A stretch of DNA of 63,958 nt, filler included, from Thermodesulfobacteriota bacterium (GTDB lineage Bacteria; DASVDK01): assembly GCA_036381125.1 (NCBI GenBank). It is 5 parts of 5 records of this genome, joined end to end, with 100 filler letters (N's around TTAATTAATTAA, not from the genome) between each part and the next. Parts side by side here need not be neighbours in the genome. Positions count along the whole stretch, not along the records: positions 1 to 28,684 come from DASVDK010000103.1; 4 more parts are not named here. The stretch is one strand, 5' to 3'. Of this stretch, positions 1-9,849 are shown piece after piece; position 1 is the first letter of the stretch; each line of letters starts with the position of its first letter. Position numbers and translations under genes: made by a program. The notes under the pieces are model-generated. The model saw only the letters and a list, made by a program, of their open reading frames with translations. It made no database searches and was not told where the DNA came from.

Positions 1-331
1 CGCCAACCTCAACCTCGCGATGGCCCCGGCCGAGGGACGGGCGCTGCCGCTCGCCGTCCTGGGCGCCGCGACCGGGCTCGGCGCGGCGGCAGGGCCGGTG
101 ATCGGCGGCCTGCTCATCGACCTGCTCGGCCGCTACCCGGAGCTGTCGCTCGGACTCGGGGCGTACGGCGCGATCTTCGCCCTCTCGACGGTCGGCCGGA
201 CGGCCGCGTTCGCGCTCCTCTACGCCGTCGAGGAGCCAGGCCGAAGCCGGCGCGGCCGAGCCGGCGGCAGCCTCTGGCTCGCCCGGCCGACGCTCCCTCG
301 TCGCAAGGCCTCCACGCGACCGGCGGCGTAG
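1..331 (+). CDS. MFS transporter, C-terminal part (5' truncated by window edge)
   Basis: Open frame from position 2; hydrophobic helices with MFS-like 'GAAAGPVIGGLLID'. Confidence 0.6.
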   Translation, partial: ANLNLAMAPAEGRALPLAVLGAATGLGAAAGPVIGGLLIDLLGRYPELSLGLGAYGAIFALSTVGRTAAFALLYAVEEPGRSRRGRAGGSLWLARPTLPRRKASTRPAA

Positions 332-446
332 GAGCGCGTTGCCAGGCTCCTCAGGGGGCTGGCCCCTGTGCCGGCATGCCGCCCACGGACTCGCGTCGCG
401 GCGCTCGGGCCTTCGGCCCGGCCCCGCTTCGCGGGGCGCATCCCCG

Positions 447-650
447 TTACGGCTTGGGCGGCCGCTCGTCGACCTGGTCGCGGTCCTTCGCGGCCTCCTC
501 GGTCCGCTCGATCTCCCGCTGGGCCTCGGCCTTCAGTTCCCGCACCCGCCGTTCGGCGTGGCGGCCGGCTGCCTCGATGTCGTGGGCGGCCTGGTCCGCC
601 GGCGTCTCGCCGCCTGGCGCCTGGCCTCCGGGGCGCCGTTCGTCTTGCAT
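447..650 (-). CDS. Small charged/coiled-coil hypothetical protein (67 aa)
   Basis: ATG at 650 preceded by GGAGG; MQDERRPGG...RRVRELKAEAQREIER. Confidence 0.55.
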   Translation of the reverse strand: MQDERRPGGQAPGGETPADQAAHDIEAAGRHAERRVRELKAEAQREIERTEEAAKDRDQVDERPPKP

Positions 651-699
651 GTCTCGATCCTCCGTGTGGGTCTTCCTCGCAGAGGGGTGCGGAAGAGCC

Positions 700-728
700 T
701 TGACCGCGGCCGCGCCGGGGCATACGCT
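700..728 (+). promoter_or_regulatory. Sigma70-like promoter TTGACC-N17-TACGCT
   Basis: Consensus match with 17-nt spacer, upstream of small ORF 751-945. Confidence 0.45.
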
Positions 729-750
729 GCCGGCGCCGCCGGGGGGATCG

Positions 751-945
751 ATGATCGCCGTCAGGGACCGCGACCTCGCCACGCACCACGTCCGGCGCCG
801 CGACTCGCTCGACCGGCTCGCCGCCCGGGCGAACGGCGAGCGGTGCTTCCCGGCGGTCTTCCTGCCGCTCACGCGCGTTGCCGGCGTCGACGGAATGAAC
901 GTCCACGGCTTCTTCGGCCGCCGCGGCCTCATGTGGCGGCGGTAG
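751..945 (+). CDS. Possible small hypothetical protein or gene remnant (64 aa)
   Basis: ATG after a G-rich RBS and a promoter motif; no recognisable family. Confidence 0.3.
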   Translation: MIAVRDRDLATHHVRRRDSLDRLAARANGERCFPAVFLPLTRVAGVDGMNVHGFFGRRGLMWRR

Positions 946-956
946 ACTGACCGGCC

Positions 957-3900
957 ATGCGCCGCGTCCTGGTCGTCGCCTCCGTCCTCCTGGTTCTCCT
1001 GGCGCTCGCCGTCGTCCTCGTCGCGCGGTCGGCCTGGGTCGAGACCCGGCTCCGGCAGGCCGTCCTGGCAGCCGTCGAGGACGCCCTCGAGGCCGACGTG
1101 ACCGTGGACGAGGCGCACATCCGCTTCCTGCCGCCGTCGGTCGAGCTGGTCGGCGTCCGCGCCGCGTCGCGCGCGAGGCCCGACCTGCCGCCCGTGCTCG
1201 CCGCGAGGCGGCTCAGGGTCTCGCTCGATCCGGTCCTCCTGCTCGCGGGACGGGTCGACCTCGATCAGGTCCGCCTCGAGGAGCCGGAGGTCACGCTCGT
1301 CGTCGACGGCTCGGACGTCCTGAACCTCCCGGCCCCGCGGCCGAGGCGCGACGACGAGCCGAGACCGGGCGGGGGCCTCCAGGTCGTCGTCGGGACGGTT
1401 GCCGTCGACGGCGGTCGGGTGCGCCTCGAGTTCCCCCGGGAAGGTCCGCTCACCATCGACATCGCGCTCGAGCGTCTGGTCCTGAGGCCCGATCTTCCCG
1501 GCCGGGCCGCCGACTTCGGGCTCGTGGTCCGCGGCATGGAGCTGGTCCGCCGCAACTTCCGGCAGCCGCTCGAGCGGGCCGAGGCCGAGGGGCGCGTCTC
1601 GTCGGCGGGGGTCGAGATCCGCCGCTTCCGCGGCGAGCTGCGCGGTCTGGTCGCGAGCGCGCGGGGTCTGATCGGCCCCTTCCCGGACCCGGAGCTGCGG
1701 CTCACCGGCACGGTCACCGGTCCGCTCGACGCGGTGGCGCGGACGTACATCGATCCCTACACCTCGTCGCCGTTCCCCCTGAGCGGCCGGGCGCGCGCCA
1801 CGTTCACCTCGGCGGGGCCGGCCAAGGACGCGGTCTTCGAGACCAGCCTCACGGCCGACGCCGTCCGCCTCGCCTCGGTCTCGGCCGACCGCGTGACCCT
1901 CGCGGCGCGGGTCTCCTACGACGATACGCGCATCACGCGCGGCGCCATCACCGTGTCCGGGGCGACGGTCGAGGTCACCGGACAGGTGATCTACGACGAC
2001 CCGATCCCCTTCGACGCCCGGCTCGTCACCCGGGGAATCGCGGCGGCGGTCCTCGCCCGGGCGGTCGGCGCTCCGGTCCCCCCGGAGCCGTTCGGCTCCG
2101 CGGTGGTGACCGGGGAGGTCGCCGCGAGCGGCGCGGCGGCCGAGGCGCGACCCCCGGGCGACGGGCCGGCCGACGACGACAGGACCTGGCGCGTCGGCGC
2201 GGACCTGGCGCTCGAGGCGGCCGAGCCGGCCGCTGCCGGCGCCGGCGCCGCCGCGACCGCCGCGCGAGCGCTCCTGCCGGTGCGCGTCGCCGGCCGGGTG
2301 GACGTGGACGAGCGCGCGGTCCGGCTGGGCGGGCTCACCATGCGCGGCCTCGCGCCCGGGACGGGCGGGGGCGCGGCCCTGCCCGACGTGACGCTCGACG
2401 GGGAGGTGGCGCTCGACGCGCCGCACACGCTCGCGCTCCGCGCCGCGGCCCGCGTCGCCGACCTCGGCGCCCTCGGTCCCTTCCTCGGCGCGCGGGCGGC
2501 GGACTACCCGCTGGCCGGCGCGGCGAGCGTTCGCGGCACGGTCACCGGGCCGCTCGCCTCCCCGGCGTTCGCCGGCGACCTGACGGCGACGCGGCTCAGG
2601 GCGGGGCGCTACGGGCCGGTCGACCTGACCGGGCCGGTGACGCTGTCGGCCGAGCGCCTGGCATCGACCGGCCTTGCCGTACGCCTCGGCGCGACGCGGG
2701 GCTCGGTGAGCGGCCGGCTCGACCTCGCCGCGCCGGGCGGGGACGGGGCCGCGGCCGGCCCCGGGCTCGCCGTCGACATCGGCGCGGACCCCCTCGTCGT
2801 CGAGGAGCTGCTCGGCGCCGCGGGGCTCGACCTGCCGCTGGCCGGCCGGGGCCGCCTGACAGCCCGTTTCGAGGGGCCGCTCGGCGCTCTGTCGGGCCAG
2901 GCCTCGGTCGCCCTGCGCTCGGTGCACGCCTACGGCCAGCCGCTCGACCGCCTCGAGGCGACGGTCTCGCTCGGCCCGGGCGGCGCCGTCGAGGTGAGCC
3001 GCGTGGTCGCCGTGCAGGGGACGGGGCGGCTCGCGGCCCACGCCGCCCGGGGGGCGGACGGCGCCCTCTCGGGGAACCTCACCCTCGAGCGGCTGCCGGT
3101 CGGCGCCATCGAGGCCGTTGCGGCGCGAGGAGTCCCCCTCACCGGGACGGTGGCGGCGCAGGCCACGCTCGCCGGGACCTGGAGCGCCCCCCGCCTGACC
3201 GGCCGGGTGGGGCTCGCGGGCGCCGCGTACGAGGGGGTGCCGCTCGGCGACTCCGGCGTGGACGTCACGCTGAGCTGGCCCGACCTGGCCGTGCGCGGCA
3301 CCGTGATCCAGCGCGAGGTCGGGATCGTCGCCAACGTCTCGCTCGAGGGGGCGCGCCCCTTCGTCGTCGCCCTCGATCTCAATAACCCCAACCTCGCCCC
3401 CTACCTCGCGCGCGTCGCGCCGGGGCGGACCGTACGGGCCTCGGCGCGCGGCCTCGTCCGCGCGGCCGGGCGCCTCGGCGACCTCGAGGCGACGCGGGCG
3501 GAGCTTCGGCTCGGCGCCCTGCGCATCGACATCGGCGACTTCTACCTCCAGAACGTCGGCGACGTGGCGGTCGTCTACGGGCAGGGGCGGCTCGACGTCG
3601 TGTCGGCCACGTTCCAGGGGCCGACCAGCCAGGCGGTGTTCGGCGGCCACGTGGACGTGAACGCCCGCACGCTCGATCTGCGGGTGAACGGCGGCCTCGA
3701 GCTGGCCATCGTCCGGCTCTTCACCGACCAGATCGCCCGGGCGAGCGGGACCGCCCGCATCGTGGCGCAGGCGGTCGGTTCCTTCGGCGCGCCGCGGATC
3801 TTCGGCGCGGCCGAGATCGAGAACGGCTCGGTCACCGTCCGCGGCGTCGATCCGCCGGTCACCGTGGAGGACCTGGCCGGCGTCGTCGCCTTCGACGCCA

Positions 3901-4994
3901 ACCGGGTCGTGCTCGAAGGCCTCACCATGAACGTCGGGGGCGGTCCGGCCAGCGCCTCCGGGTGGATCCAGCTCGACGGCGCAAGCCCGGCCGCGTACAA
4001 CCTGCAGGCGACCTTCGACAACGTCACGCTCGGCGTCCCCCGCTGGCTCCCGTCGACGAGCCGGGGGACGATCCGGCTGAGCGGCAGCCCGACCGACCCG
4101 CTGATCTCGGGCGAGGTCGAGGTGCAGCGGGCGAGCTACAACCGCCGCATCGACGTCGACCTGCAGGCGCTCTATCGCGCCATACGCGCCGCCCTCGAGC
4201 CGCGGCGCGCCACGCGCCCCGATGCGGTCGGCTCGGGCCCGCGGATCAACGTCCGCGTCGTCGCGCCCGACAACGTCCGCGTCGAGACCGGCCTCTTCGA
4301 CGCCGAGCTGCGCGCGACCCTCGAGGTCGCCGGCCGGCTGCCCGAGCCGAACCTGCTCGGCAGCGTCGAGGTCATCTCCGGGACCATCACCTTCCGCGGG
4401 ACCGTCTTCACCGTGCGGAGCGGACGGGCCGACTTCATCGACCCGTTCCGCATCAACCCGTCCTTCGACCTCGTCGCGGAGACGACCATCCGGGAGTACG
4501 AGATCCGGATGCGGCTATCGGGCACGGTGGAGAAGTACCGCGTCGAGTTCACGTCGCCCTCCCATCCGGGCCTCACGGACCTCGACATCCTGTCGCTCAT
4601 CACGGTGGGCGTGGTCGCCGCCGAGGCTCGCGACCGGGTCGTCGGGGCGAGCGCCATCCCGTCGACGGGGGGGGACGTCTCGGCGGCGCAGGCGATCGCG
4701 GTCCTCTCGGGCGCGACCCGGGGGATCGAGCGCGAGGCGGCCCGCTACATCGGCGTCGACACCTTCCAGATCGATACCGGCCCGGCGCGCGCGGGCGGGA
4801 ACACCGAGCCTCGCCTCACCGTCGGCAAGCGCTACGGCGACATCGTCGTGAGCTACTCCCACGGCATCGGCAGCGAGCAGGAGCAGACCGTCCAGGTCGA
4901 GTACCGGCTCTCCACGAACCTGGCCCTCGTCGCGCAGTGGAACACGGTGGACTCCTTCGGCGGCGGCGTGAAGTTCCGCTTCCAGTTCCGGTGA
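957..4994 (+). CDS. tamB: Translocation/assembly module TamB (AsmA-like) protein
   Basis: N-terminal TM anchor, long beta-rich body, C-terminal DUF490-like region ending in a beta strand; next to an Omp85 gene. Confidence 0.85.
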   Translation: MRRVLVVASVLLVLLALAVVLVARSAWVETRLRQAVLAAVEDALEADVTVDEAHIRFLPPSVELVGVRAASRARPDLPPVLAARRLRVSLDPVLLLAGRVDLDQVRLEEPEVTLVVDGSDVLNLPAPRPRRDDEPRPGGGLQVVVGTVAVDGGRVRLEFPREGPLTIDIALERLVLRPDLPGRAADFGLVVRGMELVRRNFRQPLERAEAEGRVSSAGVEIRRFRGELRGLVASARGLIGPFPDPELRLTGTVTGPLDAVARTYIDPYTSSPFPLSGRARATFTSAGPAKDAVFETSLTADAVRLASVSADRVTLAARVSYDDTRITRGAITVSGATVEVTGQVIYDDPIPFDARLVTRGIAAAVLARAVGAPVPPEPFGSAVVTGEVAASGAAAEARPPGDGPADDDRTWRVGADLALEAAEPAAAGAGAAATAARALLPVRVAGRVDVDERAVRLGGLTMRGLAPGTGGGAALPDVTLDGEVALDAPHTLALRAAARVADLGALGPFLGARAADYPLAGAASVRGTVTGPLASPAFAGDLTATRLRAGRYGPVDLTGPVTLSAERLASTGLAVRLGATRGSVSGRLDLAAPGGDGAAAGPGLAVDIGADPLVVEELLGAAGLDLPLAGRGRLTARFEGPLGALSGQASVALRSVHAYGQPLDRLEATVSLGPGGAVEVSRVVAVQGTGRLAAHAARGADGALSGNLTLERLPVGAIEAVAARGVPLTGTVAAQATLAGTWSAPRLTGRVGLAGAAYEGVPLGDSGVDVTLSWPDLAVRGTVIQREVGIVANVSLEGARPFVVALDLNNPNLAPYLARVAPGRTVRASARGLVRAAGRLGDLEATRAELRLGALRIDIGDFYLQNVGDVAVVYGQGRLDVVSATFQGPTSQAVFGGHVDVNARTLDLRVNGGLELAIVRLFTDQIARASGTARIVAQAVGSFGAPRIFGAAEIENGSVTVRGVDPPVTVEDLAGVVAFDANRVVLEGLTMNVGGGPASASGWIQLDGASPAAYNLQATFDNVTLGVPRWLPSTSRGTIRLSGSPTDPLISGEVEVQRASYNRRIDVDLQALYRAIRAALEPRRATRPDAVGSGPRINVRVVAPDNVRVETGLFDAELRATLEVAGRLPEPNLLGSVEVISGTITFRGTVFTVRSGRADFIDPFRINPSFDLVAETTIREYEIRMRLSGTVEKYRVEFTSPSHPGLTDLDILSLITVGVVAAEARDRVVGASAIPSTGGDVSAAQAIAVLSGATRGIEREAARYIGVDTFQIDTGPARAGGNTEPRLTVGKRYGDIVVSYSHGIGSEQEQTVQVEYRLSTNLALVAQWNTVDSFGGGVKFRFQFR

Positions 4995-7933
4995 CCGCGA
5001 GCCACTGCGGCGCGGCGGCCCGCCGCGGCGGCCGGCTGCTCGCCGTCCTGCTCCTCGTCCTGGCCTCGCCGTGGGTCTCGGCGGCCGCGCCCGCCGCGCC
5101 ACCCGCGGCTTCCCCGGCGGCCCTCGACACCCTGTTCGGCCGCGTCGTGCGCGACGTGGTCGTCGAGGCGCCCGCGGTCGCCTTCCGGAACGCGGCCGAG
5201 CGCGACTACGTGGCCTCGCTCCTCGGGCTGCGGTCGGGGGACCGGCTCACGCGCGCGGCCACCCGGTCGGGCATCGAGCGGGTCTATCGCACCGGCAAGT
5301 GGCGCGCCATCGCGGTAACCGGCACGCCGGTCGGCGACGACGGCGTCGTGGTCCACCTCGTCCTCGAGCCGGTCGAGCGGATCGGCTTCATCCGCTTCGA
5401 GGGGCCGAGGATCGTGACCCGCGGCGAGCTGGAGGGCGTGATCCGGATCGGTCCCGGCGAGCCGTACCGTCCGGAGGCGGTGGCCCGCGCGACGCGGGCC
5501 ATTCAGGACCACCTCGACACCATCGGCTATCCCGACGCGGTCGTGGTGGCCACGTCGCGCCCCTTCGGCGAGCCGCTCGAGCGGGAGCTGACCATCAGCA
5601 TCACGCCGAACGAGCCGTGCCGGATCCGGGAGATCCGCATCCAGGGCGACCTGGGCCCCGGCGAGGCGGTGCTGCGCGAGGCCTTCCGCCTCGAGCCGGG
5701 CGACGTGTGCAGCCGGCCGCGCATCGACGAGGGGGCCGAGCGGATCGCGTCGACGCTCCGGGAGCGGGGCTACCTCGAGGCGCAGGTCGGCCGCCCCGAG
5801 GTCGTCGTGGACCGGGACAGGCGCCGGGCCTCGATCGCCGTCCAGGTGCGAGCCGGCGAGCGCACGGAGCTCGTCTTCGAGCGGGTGCCGCCGGGCGGCG
5901 CCCCGCCCGAGCGGGTGGGCGGCTGCCACTGGTGGGACGTCCTGCCCCTGGTCGGCTGCGACTACGCCGAGTTCGTGGAGGCGCTCGACCTCGGCCAGCA
6001 GCCCGACTTCACCCCCGAGGGGCTCTCGATCCTCTCCGACCGCCTGGTGGCGCACCTCCGTGCGCGCGGCCATGCCTGGGCCTCGGTCTCCGGCCGCGCG
6101 GTCGAGACCGAGGGGGGGCGCCAGGTCATCTTCCGGATCGACCCGGGGCCGTCGCTGAGGGTCCGCGGCGTCGAGTTCGTGGGCAACGCCGAGGTGTCCC
6201 GGGACGACCTCCTCGCGCAGATGGTCACCCGCAAGCGCTCGTCCCTCGGGCTGCTCGCGTCGGGCGTCTTCCTCCAGTCGGAGTTCGAGGAGGACCTCGA
6301 CGCCATCGAGACCTACTACCGACGGCAGGGCTTCCTCGACGCCGCGGTCACCGACGTCGACTTCCGGTACAACGAGGCCCGCGATCGGATGTGGATCACC
6401 ATCACGGTAAGCGAGGGGCCGCGCTACCTCGTGTCGGACGTCGACGTGCAGGGCGCCGACCCGCTGCCGGCCGACCGGCTCGCGCGAGACTTCCCGATCA
6501 GGGCGGGCCAGCCGTTCAGCCTGGCGGCCGTGGACGGCGCGCGCGAATGGCTCGTCGAGGCGCTCGCCGCGGAGGGGTACCTCACGCCGTCGGTCGTCCC
6601 CGACGTGGAGCTCACGACCTCGCCGCCCCGGGCGCGCATACGCTTCAGGGTCACCCCGGGGATGCGCACGCTGGTGGGCAGGATCATCTACCGGGGGAAC
6701 TTCTTCACGCAGACGTCGGTGCTCCGGCGCGAGATGACCGTCGAGCCGGGCGATCCCTACGACCCGGCGCGGGTGCTCGAGAGCCAGCGCAACATCGGCC
6801 GGATCGGCTTCCTGCGCAACGTCAGCGTGCGGCCGGTCGACGAGGCCCCCGGCGCGGGCGCGGCGCCGGTGCCGATCGGGTCGCCGGGCGGCGGCGCGGC
6901 GGGACCGGTCTCGCGCGACCTCCTCGTGGCCGTCGAGGAGGCCAACCGCGTCGACCTCGGCTTCGGCGCCGACTACAGCCTCGAGGAGCGGCTCAGGGTC
7001 TTCGGCGACGTGACGTTCCGGAACCTCTACGGGACCGACCGCAGCGTCACGCTGCGGGGGATCGCGGGCGACCGCGAGAGCCTCTACGGCATCGACTACC
7101 TGCAGCCGTACGTCTTCGGCGTGCGGCTCGACGGCCGGATCGGGCTCATCTACCAGGACCGCGAGGAGGAGAACTTCTCGTTCCGCCGCCGCGCCTTCGC
7201 GACGAGCGTCCAGCGCAACCTGACCCGGTCGGTGCGGGTCTCGTTCGCGTACGAGTTCGAGTCCACCGAGACCTACGACGTGGCGCCGGGCACCGTCATC
7301 GACCCGCGGGAGGACGTGGGGACCGTGCGCATCGGCGCGCTGCGGCCGGTCGTCGTCTGGGACCGGCGGGACGACCCCTTCAACCCGACGCGCGGCTTCC
7401 TCAACACGCTGAGCGTCGAGGCGGCCAACCAGGCGCTCCTCTCGGAGGCGGAGTTCGTCCGTGTCATCGCCGGGACGTCGTGGTACATCCCCCTCGAGCG
7501 GACGCGTCGCGTCGTGGTCGCGCTCTCGCTCAGGGGCGGCTACGCGGCGGCGTACGGGGTGAGCAACGAGGTGCCGCTGATCCGCCGCTTCTTCCTCGGA
7601 GGGGCCAACAGCGTGCGCGGCTTCGAGCTGGACTCGATCTCGCCGAAGGCGCCCGACGGCACGGAGACCGGCGGGAACATCTCGATCAACGAGAACGTGG
7701 AGCTGCGCTACCCGCTCCCCTTCGGCTTCGCCGGCGCCCTGTTCTTCGACGCCGGCCAGGTCTGGCTCGAGGAGGAGGACGTCGACCTCGGCGACCAGCG
7801 CACGTCGGTCGGCCTCGGGCTGCGCTACGTGACGCCGGTCGGCCCGATCAGGCTGGATTACGGGCACAAGCTCGACCGCGAGCCGGGCGAGTCGAGCGGC
7901 GAGATCCACTTCTCGATCGGCTACGTCTTCTGA
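4991..7933 (+). CDS. Omp85 family outer-membrane protein (BamA/TamA-like) with multiple POTRA domains
   Basis: GTG overlaps tamB stop; signal peptide; POTRA repeats; 'RFFLGGANSVRGF', 'TPVGPIRLDYG'; terminal Phe. Confidence 0.88.
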   Translation: MTASHCGAAARRGGRLLAVLLLVLASPWVSAAAPAAPPAASPAALDTLFGRVVRDVVVEAPAVAFRNAAERDYVASLLGLRSGDRLTRAATRSGIERVYRTGKWRAIAVTGTPVGDDGVVVHLVLEPVERIGFIRFEGPRIVTRGELEGVIRIGPGEPYRPEAVARATRAIQDHLDTIGYPDAVVVATSRPFGEPLERELTISITPNEPCRIREIRIQGDLGPGEAVLREAFRLEPGDVCSRPRIDEGAERIASTLRERGYLEAQVGRPEVVVDRDRRRASIAVQVRAGERTELVFERVPPGGAPPERVGGCHWWDVLPLVGCDYAEFVEALDLGQQPDFTPEGLSILSDRLVAHLRARGHAWASVSGRAVETEGGRQVIFRIDPGPSLRVRGVEFVGNAEVSRDDLLAQMVTRKRSSLGLLASGVFLQSEFEEDLDAIETYYRRQGFLDAAVTDVDFRYNEARDRMWITITVSEGPRYLVSDVDVQGADPLPADRLARDFPIRAGQPFSLAAVDGAREWLVEALAAEGYLTPSVVPDVELTTSPPRARIRFRVTPGMRTLVGRIIYRGNFFTQTSVLRREMTVEPGDPYDPARVLESQRNIGRIGFLRNVSVRPVDEAPGAGAAPVPIGSPGGGAAGPVSRDLLVAVEEANRVDLGFGADYSLEERLRVFGDVTFRNLYGTDRSVTLRGIAGDRESLYGIDYLQPYVFGVRLDGRIGLIYQDREEENFSFRRRAFATSVQRNLTRSVRVSFAYEFESTETYDVAPGTVIDPREDVGTVRIGALRPVVVWDRRDDPFNPTRGFLNTLSVEAANQALLSEAEFVRVIAGTSWYIPLERTRRVVVALSLRGGYAAAYGVSNEVPLIRRFFLGGANSVRGFELDSISPKAPDGTETGGNISINENVELRYPLPFGFAGALFFDAGQVWLEEEDVDLGDQRTSVGLGLRYVTPVGPIRLDYGHKLDREPGESSGEIHFSIGYVF

Positions 7934-9849
7934 TCGACGGCCGCGTCTCCGGGCAGGTGGACGACGAAGGTGCTCCCCCGTCCGGGGCCGCCGCTCTCGG
8001 CCCAGATCCGTCCGCCGTGGCGCGCGACGATCCGGCGGCAGATGGCGAGTCCGAGGCCGGTGCCCCGAGGCGCGCCGCCGCGCGGCAGCGCGGCCCGGCC
8101 CGGACCCCTCTCGACGCGGAAGAACGGTTCGAACACCCGATCGAGCGCCTCCGGGGCGATGCCTATGCCGGTGTCCCGGACGCGGATCGCGACGCCGGCC
8201 GCCCCGATCGGTCCGGCCTCGACCACGACCTCCCCCCCGGGCGGGGTGAACGTGACCGCGTTGGCGAGGAGGTTGACGAGCACCTGCTCGAGGTGAGCCG
8301 GCTCGGCGGGGACCGAGAGGCCGGGCGGCACCGCCGCCCGGAGGGCCACCCCCTTCTCGCGCGCCGGCGCGCCGATCAGCTCGAAGGCGGCCCCCATCGC
8401 GGCGGACAGCTCGACCGGCTCGAGGGCGATCGGCTCGTTGCCCGGGGCGAGCTTCGAGGCGTCGAGCAGGTCCTTGACCAGCGTCAGCATCGTCGAGAGG
8501 TTGCGCCGCGCGATCGCGATCAGCGCCTCGGGCCGCTCCCTGAGCCTGCCCTCCATCGCGCGCTCGAGCAGGCGGATCGTGCCGAGCGCGGAGGTGAGCG
8601 GGGTCCTGAGCTCGTGGGAGGCCCGGGCGAGGAACGCCTCGCGCGCCCGGGCGGCCGACTCGGCCTCGGCGCGGGCCGCCTGCTCGCGCGCCAGCAGCGC
8701 CGCCATCTCCCGCTCCCACGCCACGCGTTCGGTGACGTCGCGGGTGAAGCACCGCGTGTAGACGAGCCGGCCGTCCTCCCGGAGGCCGCTGGAGGCGATC
8801 AGCACCCGGCGGATCGAGCCGTCCTTGCAGCGGAGCCGGGCCGGGTAGTCGCGGAGCGGCTCGCCGCGCAGGAGCCGTGCCAGCATGTCGTCGATCACGT
8901 CGCGGTCGACGTGGAACTCGGCGACGTGGTGGCCGACGTACTCGTCGGGGGCATACCCGAGCATCTCCAGCTCGGCCCGGTTGGCCCAGAGGATCGTGCC
9001 GTCGGGCCCCACCCGGTGCAGCCCCTCCACCGCGTTCTCGAGGAAGTCGGAGAGTTCCGCCTCACGGCGCCGCAGCCGCGCCTCGAGCGCCGCCCGCGCC
9101 GCGACCTCGGCCTCGAGCGCGCTCGCCCGCTGCTGCAGCCGGGCGATCGCCCGCAGGCGGTCCTCCCCGGCCGCCAGTTCCGCATACCCGTCGGCCGGCA
9201 GGACCCGGGAGTGCACCTCGCAGATCTCGCCGAACGACGCTCCGTCCGCCGCGCTCGTGAAGCCGCGCATCGAGTAGGCGCAGAGGAGCGTGACGCCACG
9301 GCGCCTCGCCAGGCCGTTCCAGAGCGCCTCGAGGCGGAGGGTCGCCTCCCGGTTCCCCCGGGGCCAGAGGAGGGCGACCATCTCGCCGAAGACCCGTACC
9401 GGCGCGCGGCCCCCCCGGGAGGCGGCGGCGATCGCCCTCTCGATCACCTCGAGGAAGCGCCGCTCGTCCGGCTGCCCACGGTCCATGACGCGCGACAGCG
9501 TCTCGGCCGCGTCCAGGGCGACGTAGCGCCCGGGCGTCCGGTCGGCGGCGAGGTCGAGCCCCCCGGCGCGCAGTCGCGCCTCGATGCCGGCGCGGTGCGG
9601 CCCGGTGGCGATGACGACGCGCCCGCCGGCCGCATCGGCCCCATGGGCGATGAAGCGGCCGACCGTCTCCACGAGGAACGCGTCGCGCTCGTAGAACTGG
9701 ACCAGGTGGCCGCAGCCGACCCCGGCGGTCCGCCTCTCCGAGGCGTCCTGCTCGCGGCCGGTGTGCGAACCGGAACCCGCTGCCGGGTGATCGGGGTTCG
9801 TGGACGCGCGCCCCCTCTTCCGATCGGGTGTCCGTGGGCGCCGGGTCAT
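7921..9849 (-). CDS. Sensor histidine kinase, MEDS + PAS + HisKA + HATPase
   Basis: 'HLVQFYE..VRVFGEMVALLW..LLCAY' (MEDS); 'SHELRTPL'; 'NLLANA', 'DTGIGI', 'GTGLGL'. Confidence 0.88.
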   Translation of the reverse strand: MTRRPRTPDRKRGRASTNPDHPAAGSGSHTGREQDASERRTAGVGCGHLVQFYERDAFLVETVGRFIAHGADAAGGRVVIATGPHRAGIEARLRAGGLDLAADRTPGRYVALDAAETLSRVMDRGQPDERRFLEVIERAIAAASRGGRAPVRVFGEMVALLWPRGNREATLRLEALWNGLARRRGVTLLCAYSMRGFTSAADGASFGEICEVHSRVLPADGYAELAAGEDRLRAIARLQQRASALEAEVAARAALEARLRRREAELSDFLENAVEGLHRVGPDGTILWANRAELEMLGYAPDEYVGHHVAEFHVDRDVIDDMLARLLRGEPLRDYPARLRCKDGSIRRVLIASSGLREDGRLVYTRCFTRDVTERVAWEREMAALLAREQAARAEAESAARAREAFLARASHELRTPLTSALGTIRLLERAMEGRLRERPEALIAIARRNLSTMLTLVKDLLDASKLAPGNEPIALEPVELSAAMGAAFELIGAPAREKGVALRAAVPPGLSVPAEPAHLEQVLVNLLANAVTFTPPGGEVVVEAGPIGAAGVAIRVRDTGIGIAPEALDRVFEPFFRVERGPGRAALPRGGAPRGTGLGLAICRRIVARHGGRIWAESGGPGRGSTFVVHLPGDAAVDQKT

